This document shows, in pieces, positions 1 through 14,735 of a DNA stretch of 64,000 nt (positions are counted from its first letter, which is position 1; each line of letters opens with the position of its first letter). The translations under genes and the position numbers were made by a program. This stretch comes from Prorocentrum cordatum (taxonomy: Eukaryota), in contig CAUYUJ010000266.1 of NCBI GenBank assembly GCA_963575745.1, positions 1-64,000 of the forward strand. Reading direction: 5' to 3'. Under the pieces are notes generated by a model that saw only the letters and a program-made list of their open reading frames with translations, had not been told where the DNA came from and did not search any database.

Positions 1-220
1 ACACGCACACGCACACGCACACGCACACGCACACGCACACGCACACGCACACGCACACGCACACGCACACGCACACGCCCACGCACACGCACACGCACAC
101 GCACACGCACACGCACACGCACACGCACACGCACACGCACACGCACACGCACGCACACGCACACGCACACGCACACGCACACGCACACGCACACGCACAC
201 GCACACGCACACGCACACGC

Positions 221-283
<63 letters not shown>
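1..283. repeat. (ACACGC)n then (AC)n microsatellite
   Basis: Read directly. Same repeat class (reverse complement) as the tracts flanking the Penelope-like element. Confidence 0.98.
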
Positions 284-284
<1 letters not shown>

Positions 285-844
285 GGGACTTGCGCGAGAA
301 GGCATACCGACTTTACGCGGTGGCTTACGCGGGCCGCCAGAGTGGCACGCCGCGTGGAGCAGATGGCGCTCACACGCGGCCCCTACGCGGGCAGTTTACG
401 CGCCGATGTCCGCGAAGACGACCCCATTTCTCTGCGTCGCTCATCTGTTTTTTGTTATCGGCGGCGAGCTCAGGGGGGAAGTGAGAAGGGGCGGGCCTTC
501 TCAGAAGGCTCGGAAGCCCCCTGGCCTTCTGAGAAGTTTCCGAAGCCTTCCACGAAGAAACAGAAAACCTCTCAAAGGCCGGAGGCCTTCTGAGAACCCT
601 TGGGAAGGTTGCCCATCCTTACTATGCGGGTTGACTGCACCTCGGTCCGACCGTGCGACGTGACGTTCCTCAGCCCGCGGCCCCTCATAGCTCCCGACCC
701 CTCCTCTCGGTGCAATTCACTTCGCCCCAGACTCGCGCTTGAGGGCCCCCCGGGTCTCGACCACCGACCATTACGCCCCCCCCCCCCGGGGGAGGCCGAA
801 GACGGGGAAGAATGCAACGGATGGAACGAACAAATCCTTGTTAC

Positions 845-1040
845 GGCAGGGCCTGGGACAGAAGGGCATCCTGCAAAAACATGGGCCTCCCCCCAGCCCC
901 AAAAAACAAAACCATAAGATCGCTCGAAGGCCACCTTCCCGCAGGGTGCAAATGAGCATGCAACAAACACAACAAAAAACACAGCACGGGTACCTTCCCT
1001 GCACAGACCTCGATCTTATACCCAGGCTCGACCGTATCCG
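845..1040 (+). repeat. Dispersed ~170-200 bp repeat family; other copies at 36672-36840, 43620-43790, and 55200-55342 continuing at 56141-56200
   Basis: Shared blocks such as aacatccttcaagaacatg, gggtaccctcccc and accgacctcgat, aligned by eye. Confidence 0.7.
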
Positions 1041-1051
1041 GAGGCCTGGGC

Positions 1052-1215
1052 TTAGATCGGGCGTCCCCCTATAGGCGGATTTGGGAGGAGAAATGAAAAA
1101 AAACATGTTCAAACAGATCTTAAAGCATAGCCAGCAAGTGTCAGCAAAGTCGTCCCCCGACTATCTGTGGACCATTTTTGCGCATCCCTCCTGCAGAGGG
1201 ACGCGCCCGCCTGCA
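1052..1215. mobile_element. MITE family A copy (termini like TTAGGTCGGGC..., 8-bp TSD)
   Basis: Imperfect TIRs with exact flanking direct repeat GCCTGGGC (1044-1051 and 1216-1223). Confidence 0.8.
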
Positions 1216-1268
1216 GCCTGGGCCCTCTCGCCCCAGCCTCCGCGCACGGGGAGCGCGCCGCGGCCCCG

Positions 1269-1316
1269 CTGAGGCGGCGGCATGCCCAGGCCCATCAGGG
1301 AGGACGTGGCCCCGCC
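1269..1316 (-). CDS. Host RS/hnRNP-Q-AcD-like gene, putative exon 8 (GGATSSLMGLGMPPPQ); 3' boundary uncertain
   Basis: Acceptor cccag|G and phase-compatible with the preceding exon. No clear donor identified. Confidence 0.45.
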
Positions 1317-1544
1317 CTGGGCGCCGGGCGCGACGGGCACTGCGAGGACCGTGGGTCGGGGCTCCGCCTCTGTCGGCGCCCTCGGACCCCCCTCCAGCCG
1401 CGGGCGCCACCGGGGTCGAGGACTGAGCATCGAGCTGTCCGGGCGGGCCCGGCTCCTTCGTCGGCCCCTGGGGGTCTCCCGCGGGGCACCGTCGTGCCGG
1501 GAGGATGAGGCATGCAGGGTCTCACGCTTGGGGCGCCCTTACCC

Positions 1545-1737
1545 TTATGTCGGGCCTGTCCCCCTACAGGGGGATTTTCGACGCCTAATAAAAAATACCC
1601 CCCCCAAAATCAAAACATAGTCCAAACATAGTCCAGGGACTATTTTTGGAGTATCTTTGGGCCTTTGGGGGATATTTTGGGGGTACTTTATAATTTTTCG
1701 TCGAAAATCCCCCTGCAGGGGGACACGCCCGACATAA
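1545..1737. mobile_element. MITE family A copy
   Basis: 36-bp TIR with 2 mismatches; exact 8-bp TSD CCTTACCC. Confidence 0.9.
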
Positions 1738-2260
1738 CCTTACCCCAGGGCTGTCTTCGGAGACCTCTCGTTGCCTCGGCCCCTCCGGCCGCCGACGGGA
1801 CCTGGGATCGAGCCAGCGCGGCTGCCGAACGGGCCAGCCTCGCAACACCCTGAACCGAGCCCGCCCGGCGGCCGAGAGGGCCCGGACGCCGACTGGGCCC
1901 ACAGGGGACCCCCGTCCCGCCTCGGCCCCCGCGCCAGCGGGGCAGGACGGATGGGGGGGGGGTCCAATCTCTGGACGGCGGGTTCCAAAAGGGGTTTTGG
2001 GGGACTGAGGGGGTTTTCCAGAGAGCCCCCAAAAGGGGCCTCGGAAACCTCGTCCAAACGGGGGGTGCGAAGCCCCGGGGGGGGCCCCAGCCTGGAAAAC
2101 CCCCGCCCCAAAAACGCCCCCTTTTGGAACCCCCTGGTTTGGGGCGGCTCTGGGCCCTGCCTGGGCTCTCCGGAGGCAGGGCGGGGCGCGCGCGTGGCCG
2201 CGTGGCCGCTGGCCGGCGGGACCCCGGGGGGGGCCTCGAGCGGGCGGGCCGGGGCCCGTA

Positions 2261-2612
2261 CACTGGACCAGGATAGTAAGGATGCGCGGTACAGTCGGGG
2301 CGTTGACCTAAGGAACCCTAAATAAGGAACGAGGCCCCTGTTTTCCACAAGTTCAGCTTCGATTTCCGATCGAAAACATAAGGAAAACCTGAGGCAAGCT
2401 GTGAAACACTTAAGGAACGCGGAGCCCCTCCCCAACCAAAAGGGTTCCTTCTTCAGGGCCCCGACTGTAAGGGTGCAAGGGGCCTTGGAACGCCATGTTG
2501 ACGATTTCCGTGCGGAGCGCAGCAGAATGCCGAAGGATGCCGGATGCCGAAGGGGCACGGATGCAAGGGTAGCCCTGGAAAGTAGCCCCATCCTTACTAT
2601 CATGGTTGACTG
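2261..2612. mobile_element. Tc1/mariner(pogo)-type MITE with TA TSD
   Basis: TA|CACTGGACCAGGATAGTAAGGATG ... CATCCTTACTATCATGGTTGACTG|TA. A related right end lies at 614-637 and the internal part is repeated at about 29341-29520. Confidence 0.75.
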
Positions 2613-2959
2613 TACTTGGGCGCCGCTGGAGTAGGCAGTGGTAAGCGATGGCATCGCTCTCCAGCGATTGCACTCTCAGATCTCCAGCGCATTGACGAAG
2701 CCAAGACGGATCATTTTTTCTGCATTCGGCCTCTAGCGGCCCTCGCCAGGCCTCGGAAGCGTCCAAAAACGACTCAGGATGAAAAGCCGGTCCTGGGGAA
2801 TGGGTCGAGACTTCTGGGGACCCCGTATGGAAAAATCACGACATCGGATCTCTAGGCTCCCGCATGTCGATCGGAGAAGAGTCGTCAAGCCCGTGAGGAG
2901 CTTGGGGGGATGGCCAGGCAAAAGCCGGCGAGACGATGGCTGTCTACAGGGGAGAACAC

Positions 2960-3978
<1,019 letters not shown>

Positions 3979-4899
3979 GACAGGAACGACGGGGCCGACT
4001 GGTCTTACACTGTCCATGGCTGCGTGGCTGAAGTCGGATACCGAAGAGCGGATTCTGCTTGTTGATTTCGTTCTCACTTCTGGGATAGGATTCTTAGTGA
4101 TCCCCCCTCTGGTGCACATTGTGTTGGTTCACGTTGTGGTTTTCTTCAATCAGGGTGCTCCTCCTGGGGCTCGAAACCCTGTTCTTACCAGGGGACAGTT
4201 TTTCGCGTCAGACGGCGCCCCTGGCCCAACAAGAACGGCTCCCGCTGGATACTTCCTCACAGTGTATTCAAAATTGCGCTCTCTCGCGGGACTTCCTCAC
4301 ATTATGCTCTCGCTCTGGATTTCCTTCAAAATGACTTGGCAATCACGCCAAATCTCGCGAGTGGTGCGAAACTGACGCTTCAGCAAACCGCCCGTTCGAA
4401 CCGACCGTCTGGTTCTGCGTTTTGCTTTCGTGTTCCGAACCCCCCTCTTGCTCATCTCCCTCGTGTTCCATCCTTCTCCCTCTCCCTTGTCTCTTCTATC
4501 CTCGTTCCTCTCCCGAGTTTTGGGGGGCTACGCCAACTACGCGTGGCAGGGAATGAAGATATAACCCCAAGGGGGGTACGATCAAAACCGAATAGGGCAC
4601 CGAAGATTCGTGATATACTTGTTGAACGACACGCAAACAGATGAGAGCGAACGAAAGAAACCGCGCCTAGACGGCGTATTTGCGAACAAATGACAGCACG
4701 CGTGATCAAGAGAAGGAGAAATGCCGGGCTCAAGCGTGCAAGCGCGCGGACATCGCTAGGCCCCGGGACGCAGTGCGCAAGCATGCTGGTACAGCACGAG
4801 GGTGGACGGCAAAGCACGGGCCAGGGAGGAGGAGAGGGGAGAGACGGGGACGAGGAAGGGAAGAACGCGACTGGTCTGAACAGTGTCGCGCCGCAGCCG

Positions 4900-6100
4900 A
4901 ATGCCACCCAGACGGATTTCGCAAGATAGTTTGCAGCTTGTCGCGGTTGCCCCCTGCTACGGCCAAGGCTTGCGTGTGCGAGCAGGACGTCCATTGTAAT
5001 CGAGTCCACCCTCGCGAGCGGCGAATATTAAATTTCCGCGGTGCCACCTAGTAAAACTGCAACTTTCGAAAACCATGGCTTCAGGACGGCTCTTTGGAGC
5101 GTCCCGGGTAAGTTTACCGTAAAACTGACGCTGCATTTCCAACAGGAATAATGACAGCGGTCCAGTGTCGGCGACTCCACGAACTTTTGCATTGCCCACT
5201 CTGAATACAAACGCCGGCTAAATGTTGTGCATTTCCCGATAACCCCATGCCTTGATTACCTTGATTGGCTTACGCCGAATCTGTCTCTGTCCACTTTATT
5301 TGCGTGGCTCCAAACCAAGCGCGCTGTTTGAAATACGCCAAAGCTTCGCGTGAGGTCCGCGCGAGGGTTCCCGTCGGCGCTTACCAGGCCCCAAGATTTA
5401 CTGCATTACTTTTGGAAGTCATGGGTTCACCACCTGCGCTTGCTTATATTTGGAACAGCATGGCTTTCCCAGGGTTTACTTCCAGCCCGTATATTTCTGC
5501 AACTGCAGCCACCAAATTCACATGAGTCTGGAGCGCGTCAAGGTCCCTGGAAGTCAGCATGGTGTCGTATGCGTACATCGCGTTTTCAATGGCCCGGTAT
5601 GATTGGGTATCCCTGATGGGTTTTTCCACTGCCAAGCGTTTGTTTAAGCTTCCAATCACATCGACTTAACTATGATAAACAAATATGGCGAAAGCGGGCC
5701 CCTTGTGCGATTCCAGCGGGGTGTGCTCTCTGCGATGACGTCGCGTCTGCGTCTTGGACGAAGAATGTGTACTATGCATATGCCTTGGATCATCTCGACT
5801 ATCGCTGGTGAGACGCGGAATTGTTGTAGTGCGCGTGCAAGCCTTTTTGGGCTGATGCGGTCGAAAACGTTGCTCCAATTGAAAAGTAGGAACCATGGTT
5901 TACCATCCTTGTCCCCCAACGTAGCGTCGATCAGCCGGCGCGCCAAGAATAGCGTTTCGCTTGTGCCACGGCGGGGCCAGAAACCACAATGAGACTCCCT
6001 TAATGCTTCTTCGGCCTCTCCATGTTTGAGACATTTTAATGAAATGCGGGCGATTCAAAATACTAATTGCTGTTGGCGCCCCCTCCAATGCCCACTGTGG
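4900..6100 (-). pseudogene. Decayed non-LTR retrotransposon (LINE) reverse transcriptase
   Basis: Motifs WSNVFDRIS, GPLSPYLFIIV, YAYDT (YADD-like) and YGLEVNPGK across broken frames. Confidence 0.8.
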
Positions 6101-7135
6101 TTTTCAATTGAAGCGCCCCTCCCGGGGCTCGCAGCCTGCTTTTTACAACGGGTAGTTCCTCTTCATTGATTGAGACGCCGCTCCCTCGACACTAAGGACC
6201 CACGCTCTCGCTGAGAACTTGATCACGGTTCATGCAGGACTGACGCTTCAACGACCTGCCCTCTCCACGGAGCCGCCTGGGCCCGCCCTCACGACCCGCC
6301 CGTGAGGGCCCGCCCGCCCAACCCGCCCGTCTGGTTCTGCTGCGTGTTTTCCTGCTCCGACCCCCTCTCCTGCTAATCTCTCGTGCCTCATCCTTCTCCC
6401 TCCCACTTGTCCCTTCCCGCCTCGCTTCTCTACCCTGTTTTATAGGGGCTGCGCCAACAGCGCGTGGCAGGCAAGGAGGATACACCCCCAAGGGGGTACG
6501 ATTGAAGACGAAGAGGGCGAGTATTGAGGCTTCGGGATACACATGTTGAGCCACGCGCAAGCAGAATAGAACGAACAATTATAACATGAGTGTTGTTGTT
6601 TTGTTGGTGGTGTTGCTGTCGTTGCTGAAATTGTTGTTGTTGTTGTCGTCCTCATCCGGGACCCACCCGCGACCCAACCGTGACCCAACCGCGACCTGCT
6701 CGCGACCCGTTCGTGACCCGTTCGTGACCCACCCGCGGCCCATCCCCGACCCACCCCCGACCCACCCACATTGATTCGACGAAAATGCGGCAGGAGGGCC
6801 CGAGAAATCGAATCGATAAGTCGGATCGGCGATCTGAATGAAGCAGGTTGGCGGAAATCGGCAGCCGAGTCGAGACAAGTCAAATCGGCGGAACTCGGCA
6901 GGCTAACAAGGCTTCCATTGAGAAACGGAACTCCAAGCAGGAGTACGAAGTCGAATCGAATTGAATAGGAACCGATCGAAATCGAATCGAATCGAGTGGG
7001 AGTCGAGATGAGACCTGATGTGGCGTGAATGCGAAACAATTCTCGCCTTCGGCTGGCTTCTTCAAAGCCTCGCAGACTGCCGGCGACCCCGCCGCTCCCT
7101 CACTTGTATCTGCAACTACGCGGGCTGTACATATA

Positions 7136-7822
<687 letters not shown>

Positions 7823-7921
7823 CATAAGGTCAGCTCTGACTTCTTGGAGCGGCGCTGGCGGCGCCTCTGGCGCCGCCCCCGGCGCGCTCCTCGGGCCAGG
7901 AGAGCGTCCGACAGCGTATGC

Positions 7922-8074
7922 TTAGGTCGGGCACGTCCCCCTACAGACGGATTTTGGACGAAAGATACAGATACCCAAAACATATTCAAAAATTGTCCCC
8001 CAAAAATCGTCCCGAGACTATTTTATTTGACTATTTTTGAGTCTTCCTCCCGTAGAGGGACAAGCCCGATTTGA
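7922..8074. mobile_element. MITE family A copy
   Basis: TIRs; TSD GCGTATGC/GCGTGTGC (7 of 8). Confidence 0.8.
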
Positions 8075-9091
8075 GCGTGTGCTCGTGCTGGTGTTCTTCT
8101 TCGAAGGGAACCAGCAGTGCGATGCCTCTCTCCCACGGGGAGCGGCGCGGTGGCAACGGGCTCCGAGGGTAATGGCGGGCCCGGACTCCGGGGCCTTGCT
8201 TTGGGGACCAGGGCCGGACCTGAGCGTTGTTTTTCGTGTTGCTGCCCGTCTGTCTGCACCTCCCTGCCAAAACGAAAACAAGACACGGCCGAAAGCCAGC
8301 AAAGTAGCGTGCAGGTCCAGCCCTGGTCGGGGACTGGCTCTTCACATCCTGGGCCTCTTTCTGACAGTCCAGGGGTCCGTGGAGGGCCCCCGGGCGGCCG
8401 AAAGCAACCAAAACTCTCAGAACCCGTTTCCGTTTCGGGACCCCACTCCTTCATTAGACGAAGAAATTGGCGGCGCGCAGAAGGTGGTAGGGGGAGGGGG
8501 GAGAGCTTCTTAGAAGGAGGGTTCTTAGAAGGCGCCGGCCTTACATCTACAGAGAAGGCCCGCGCCTTCTAAGAAGCAGGGGTGCTTCTAAGAAGCCTTC
8601 CCCCCTCCCCCTACCCCCCACTGCGCGTGGCCGAAGAAGCTACATGAACATGACCTTTCGGAGGCCCGCGCGGATTCCTTGGATCGGCGCGGTTTCCGGG
8701 CCATCACTTGGACCTCCGGCGGCAGGTCGTGGAGCTTCGGGCATCCCGGGGACGCTCTCGGAGAGGCGCAGCTGCTGGCACGCACCCCGAGGCAGAGCAA
8801 GTCCCCGGGAACCCCCGAGAGCCTCGGGAAACCGGCAGCACCTGCCGACATCGTGTGAGGTCTGACGGTCCCAGCTTCCCTAGAGGCCTCCTAGATGCGG
8901 TCAGAGTAGATGGGGTCGGAGGATCGCGCCGCATCGCCAATACGTCGGCGATGCATCGGCGATGCACTTGCGACGTCGGCTACACATCCGCGACGTCGGC
9001 GTGGAGAAAACTGAGCCCCACATCGAGCCGCATCGCCCATGCGTCGCCGATGCAGCGGCGATGCGGCGCCATCCTCCGACCCCACCTACCC

Positions 9092-9255
9092 TTAGGTCGG
9101 GCGTGTCCCCCTACAGGGGGATTTTGGGCGAAACATTGAAATGCTCAAAAATGACTCCCCCAAAATGCTCAAAAATAGTCAAAACATCGTCCCCCTACGA
9201 TTCCCTCACCACTTTCGAGTCTTACGCCCCTGTACATGGGGCAGGCCCGACTCGA
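9092..9255. mobile_element. MITE family A copy
   Basis: TIRs; TSD ACCTACCC/ACCTGCTC (6 of 8). Confidence 0.7.
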
Positions 9256-9342
9256 ACCTGCTCCGACCCCGTCTCCAGGCGGCCTGGATCCCCTCGTGGC
9301 GGTCCTTTCCCCGCGGGAGCGGTTGGCGGGGGCTCGGGGCGC

Positions 9343-9424
9343 CCTCTCGGCGTCGCGGATGCGGACGATCAGCACCGAGGACGGGTTGCGCGTGCCGAAC
9401 AGCGGCCCGCGGTCCAGCACCGCC
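9343..9424 (-). CDS. Host gene exon 7 ((R)AVLDRGPLFGTRNPSSVLIVRIRDAER)
   Basis: ggcag|G acceptor, GC donor, 82 bp. Joins the 15605-15684 exon to give LPPHLQRAVLDRGPLFGTRNPSSVLIVRIR, resembling hnRNP-Q acidic-domain-like helical repeats. Confidence 0.8.
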
Positions 9425-9761
9425 CTGCCCACGGGGAAGGGGGGGGGGGCTGCGCTCCTCCCTCCCCTCTATCCCTCCTCCCTCCTTCCTCCTCCTCCTC
9501 CTCCTCCCTACCTCCTTCCTGCTTCCTCCTTCCTCCTTCCTCTTCTCCCCTCCCCGTCCTCCTCCTCTTCCCCTCTTCCTCCTCCTTCTCCTGCTCTTCT
9601 CCCTTCTCCTCCGCCTCCTCCTCCTCTTCCTCCTCCTCCTCCTCCTCCTCCTCCTTCCTCCTTCCTCCTTCCTCCTTCCTCCTTCTTCCTCCTTCTACCT
9701 TCATCCTTTCTCCTTGCTCCTGCCTCCATTCTCCTCCTCTTTTCCCCTTCCCCTCCTCCTC

Positions 9762-9861
9762 NNNNNNNNNNNNNNNNNNNNNNNNNNNNNNNNNNNNNNN
9801 NNNNNNNNNNNNNNNNNNNNNNNNNNNNNNNNNNNNNNNNNNNNNNNNNNNNNNNNNNNNN
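9762..9861. other. Assembly gap (100 N) inside a (CCT)n tract
   Basis: N run. Confidence 1.
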
Positions 9862-10784
9862 CCTCCTCCTCCTCCTCCTCCTCCTCCTCCTCCTCCCTCC
9901 TCTTCCTCATCCTCCTCCTCATCATCCGCCTCCTCCTCCTGGCGCGCCATCCTCGAGCGGACACGCAACAAGCCAACATGCCTCATGCAACACAAGCGCG
10001 GGGCTCGAGACAACCTCGAACTCGAGCAAGACGCACCATCCTCGAGCGGGCACGCAACATGATCGACTCACGAGCACGGAAAATAACATAGACATGTGAG
10101 GCATAGCAAAATGTTCAAAACACCTGATGGGGCTACGGGCAATTGCAATGCTGAGTGTATCGTTCTTGATGTACCGTGCGAAGGGCTGTGCTGTGCAGCG
10201 ACTGTGCTCTATAGCGTTGTGGATCGAGTCCTCCTTCGCATCCGAGTCATGACCGAACTGATCTGGATCTTGAGCTCGAGCTGCCTGAGCACATAGTAGC
10301 TGCCCCGGAGCTGATTCGAGCGGAAACGTGGGGGACGTTCAATCAACTCGACCTCAAAATCCGACTCAGCTCCGACAAGGACGACTCGGCACGGGACGGC
10401 GGCTCACGGGCGCGCCACGGGATGCGCCAGGGGCGTCAGAGGGGCTGCGCCAGGGGACGTGTCGGGGGACGCATCAGGGGACGTGCCCTGGACGTGTCAG
10501 GGACCTGCCACGGGACGTCCCAGGGCGCGTGCCATGCCAGATGATGTTATGTTACGGGGCGTTGCAAGGGGCATCCGCGGAACGGGCAGGGGTAACGCCT
10601 GGGGACGAGCCAGGAAGCGCGACGGATGACGAGCCAGGGAGCGTGCCACACCGAGTGGCGCGCTGGGGGACGGGCCAGGGCAGGTCGCGCCAGAACGTCG
10701 CAAGGGGCACGCCCGGGGCCCGGGCCGGTGCGCCAGGGGACGCCCCACGGCCGGGCGGGGTTGGATTGCGATGCGCCCTACTGC

Positions 10785-11710
10785 AACAAGCGTTTCGCTC
10801 GAGACGTCCTCAACAACTCCTCGTGTTAGACATCCGCCTGGACGACCTGGACACGTGAAACCAAGCGTCTCGCTCGAGACGTTCTCAACACCTCCTCGTG
10901 CTGGACATCGGCTTGGACACCCTGGGCGAGTGAATACAAGCGTTCCGCTCGAGGCATGCTGACCAAATCCTCATGCTAGACATCTGCCTGGGCGACCTGG
11001 ACACTTGAAATCAAGCGGTTCGCTCAACACATCCTCAACACATCTTTATGCTAGACATCCGCCTGGGCGACCTGGACACTTGAAATCAAGCGATTCGCTC
11101 GATGCATCATCACTCTATCTTCAAGTTAGATATCCGCCTGGGTGACCTGGGTACGTGAAAACAAGCTTCTCGCTCAACACATCCTGAACACACATTCATG
11201 CTATACATCCACTTGGGCGACCTGGACACTTGAAATCAAGAAGTTCGCTCGGTGCATCATCAAACCATCTTCAAGTTAGACATCCGCCTGGGCGACCCGG
11301 GCATGTGAAAACAAGCGTTTTGCTCAACACATCCTCAACAAATCCTCATGCTAGACATGCACCTGGGCGACCTGGACACATGAAAGCAAGCGTCTCTCTC
11401 GAGAAATCCTCAACACACGTTCATGCTAGACATGCGCCTGGGCGACCTGGACACGTGAAAACAAGCGTTTCGCTCAAGACGTTCTCAACACAGCCTCATG
11501 CTCGACATCCGCCTGGGCGACCTGGACACGTGAAAACAAGCGTCTCTCTCGCGACATCCTCAACACATCCTCATGCTAGACATCTGCCTGAGCAACCTGG
11601 ACGCGTGAAAACAAGCTTCTCGCTCAACACATCCTGAACACACATCCAAATGCTAGACATCTGCCTGGGCAACCTGGAACAGTGAAAACAAGCGTCTCGC
11701 TCGAGATATC
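10785..11710. repeat. 75-bp tandem satellite, about 12 copies
   Basis: cctggacacgtgaaaacaagcg recurs at 75-bp spacing (e.g. 11446 and 11521). Confidence 0.92.
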
Positions 11711-13166
11711 TGCAAGACCTGGGCAAGTGGAAACAAGCATTTCACCTGAGACATCCACTCAATTCTGGTCACCAAGATTTCCGCTCTATCTATCTATAGA
11801 TATACATATATATTATCAAAAGAAATGTTTCGCTCGAGACATCCTCAACATATTCTGCAAAACAAGCGTTTCGCTCGAGACATCCGAACAAACATAAATG
11901 TGTACTTCACCATGTGTTTTATCGAGCGGGTTATTGCCCCTTTCCAGCTTCTCGCTAGAGCGGTGTTCGCCGCCTCGCCGCTGACGAACAGATGTTACCG
12001 ATCGGGATTTCAAAAACCAGCGTTTCGCTCGAGACATCCTGAACGTTCTAATTCACAAGCCCTACGCGACCTCGTTATTTATTGCAAGATACATTCGCGG
12101 GCCCTACGCAAATGGAGGCAAGGGCGTTAACAAACAAAAAGAGAACCATGGGTCCGAGCCCTTTCCAGGGAAGTCAGCTTTTCCATGTTCTTGCAAAATT
12201 CCAAAATCTCCGAACCTGGTTATTTAATTTGGATTCTGCGCAAAACGCTCCGCACCATTTCCTTTGCAAGGGAAAACGGGGGTCTACGGAACCTGTTAGG
12301 CAACGAGGATCCGAGATGGAGGGCACATTTTCCTCGAGCGGGCATGCGCGAAACGCATGGTTGTCCACCGCGAATGGGACTTTACCTCGTCCTCTGTCAC
12401 CGGAAATTCGCCAGCCCACCTCAGCATGGCAGCGGAGGATACAAAACCATCCTGATGGGGAACCCTGGGTCAACGCCCTTTCCGGGAACAGTCCCCGAAG
12501 GGGTCGAGATCTCCGTTGCCTCCTCCTGATCGTCCGTCCCCGAAGCCTCCTCCTGTCTACTTGATGCGAGATTTGCGCGATAGCTCCCCCCTGGAGGCCC
12601 GCAGTGACTCCCGCTATGCGGGCTCGATAGCTGCCAAGGCTACGCTGCAAATGAAGAGCCCTTGGTCCGTGAAGTCTTCAGTCCGCGGCTTTGCCGCCTC
12701 TGAACCGTCCGGCCCGTGCACGGGCATCTGCACGCGCTGCATTTCGGCGCCCACAGTGTAAGCGAGCCCAGATGCCGCCGCTAAGATCCGTGCGTGTGCC
12801 CTCGTTGAGCGGAGGACAGCCAAGAAAATCGAGAATCGCTTTTCCGTTCTTCCGCGATGGCGGCCGCGGCAGGCCCCGCGCTTCCCCTCAAGGCAACGCC
12901 ACGCCTCGCGCCGGCTCCGCCCTGGGAGTGCTCAAAAAGAGCCAAAGACAGCTCGGACAGCAGACACCTGTAGGGACCGTCGCAGCTGAGCGTGCATATC
13001 TGGAGGGCTCTGCTACGGCAGCGCGTTTCCCTTCCCCTCTCCTCCTCCTCCTCCTCCTCCTCCTCCTCCTCGTCGGCGGCATCGTCGTCGGCGGCATCGT
13101 CGTGGCGTTCCTCCTCACGTCGTCCTCGTCGTCTTCCTTCTGTTGCATGGTGTTCACACGCCAGAG

Positions 13167-13297
13167 CTCGCCATCGCTCGGACGTCCATTCCCTGTGTTT
13201 TTTTCGGTTTCGTGCGTGGCTTCTTCGCCAAATGATCAAGGATGCTCCTCGATGGCCCTCGCCGAAGGAAAAATGCACACGTCCGAGCGATGCCAAG
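13167..13297. mobile_element. MITE family B copy; longer copy at 38162-38445
   Basis: TIR ctcgccatcgctcggacgt / acgtccgagcgatgccaag; flanks AGAG/AGAG. Confidence 0.7.
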
Positions 13298-14199
13298 AGA
13301 GAGGGGGGGAGGGGGGCGGGGCAGGCAGGCCAGGCCGCGAGGACCTGTCTGACCACACTCTTCAGTCATCGCTGCGCGCGCTGAGGTGTGCTGCGTGCGT
13401 TTGCGTGGTTGTGTGTGTGCGTGTGTGACTGTGTGTGTATTATATACAGACAGAAGAGGAAAGCCAGATAGAGAGAGAGAGAGACAGAGAACAGGAGAGA
13501 GACAGAGATAGAGAAAAGAGAGAGAGAGAGAGAGGGACAGGCAGGCAGACAGACAGCGAGAGAAATCAGACCAGAGAGAAAGAAAGAGAGAAACGGAGAC
13601 AGAGAGAGGGATCTATCTGTACACAGAGATGGAGAAAGAGAGAGAGAGAGAGATGGCATGGTGGACGGTCGGCCGAAATTCCTGACCTCGGTGGGCACTG
13701 GTGCCAAAGTTGGGCTGGTGCCTGGGTCGCGCCTTCAAGAGGAGAGGGAGACAGAGAGAGAAAGAGAGAGAGAGAGAGAGACATCATAGATAACGATCTA
13801 GATAGAGGAGAGAGCGCGTTTCACGGGCGCTCGCCTTGGGAACATTCGGCGGCGCGTTTCGAACCAGGCGGTGGGCCCCCCCCCATACTCGGCGCCGTCG
13901 ATCCTTTCCAGGGGGACTCCCCTCCCTCCCAGACCCCCCCTCCCGAACCCCCTCCCCTCCCCCCCCCCTCCCAGGGGCGGGGGTTTCAAACCCGCCCCCC
14001 CTCGGAGCCGGCGCGGGCGCTGGCGGCCGCCAGCAACGCCGACGGCGGGGACGTAGCGACGATGACCAGAGGCAGCCCAAAGGGGGCGGGGGGGGTTCAA
14101 ACCCCCACCCCCCTGGCGCCGGCGCCGGCGCCAGCACTGGCGGCGGCCAGCAGCGCCAGTGCTGGCGCCGGCGACGGCGGGGACGCAGCGGACGATTAC

Positions 14200-14735
14200 C
14201 GCCACTACACCCACCACCACCACCACTACCACCACCACCACCACCACCACCACCACAACCACCACCACCACAACTCACCATAACCACCGCCACCACCACA
14301 AAAACTCACCACCACTACCACCACCACCACCACAATCTACCACACCACCACCACCACCGCCACAACCACCACTACCAGCAGCACAACCCACCACCACCAC
14401 AAACCACCACGCCACAACCATCACCACCACCGCCACCACCACCACAACCACAACCATCACCTCCACAAACAACCGCCACCACCACAACCCATCACCACCA
14501 CCACCACAAACCACCACCACACTACCACCAAACCGCCACCACCACAACCCACCACCACCACTACCACTACCACAAACCACCACCACACCACCACCAAACC
14601 ACCATCACCACCACCCACCAACACAACCACCACCACCACCACAACACACACAACCACACCACCATCACCACAACCACCACCAACGCCACCACCACCACCA
14701 CAACCCACCAAGACCACCACCACCACCACCACCGT
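14200..14735. repeat. Degenerate (CAC)n microsatellite
   Basis: Read directly. Confidence 0.95.

Noticed and set aside
4520..4590. HDV-like ribozyme on the minus strand
   Set aside because: A P1/P3-like nesting is possible, but the L3, P1.1 and J4/2 consensus nucleotides are missing.
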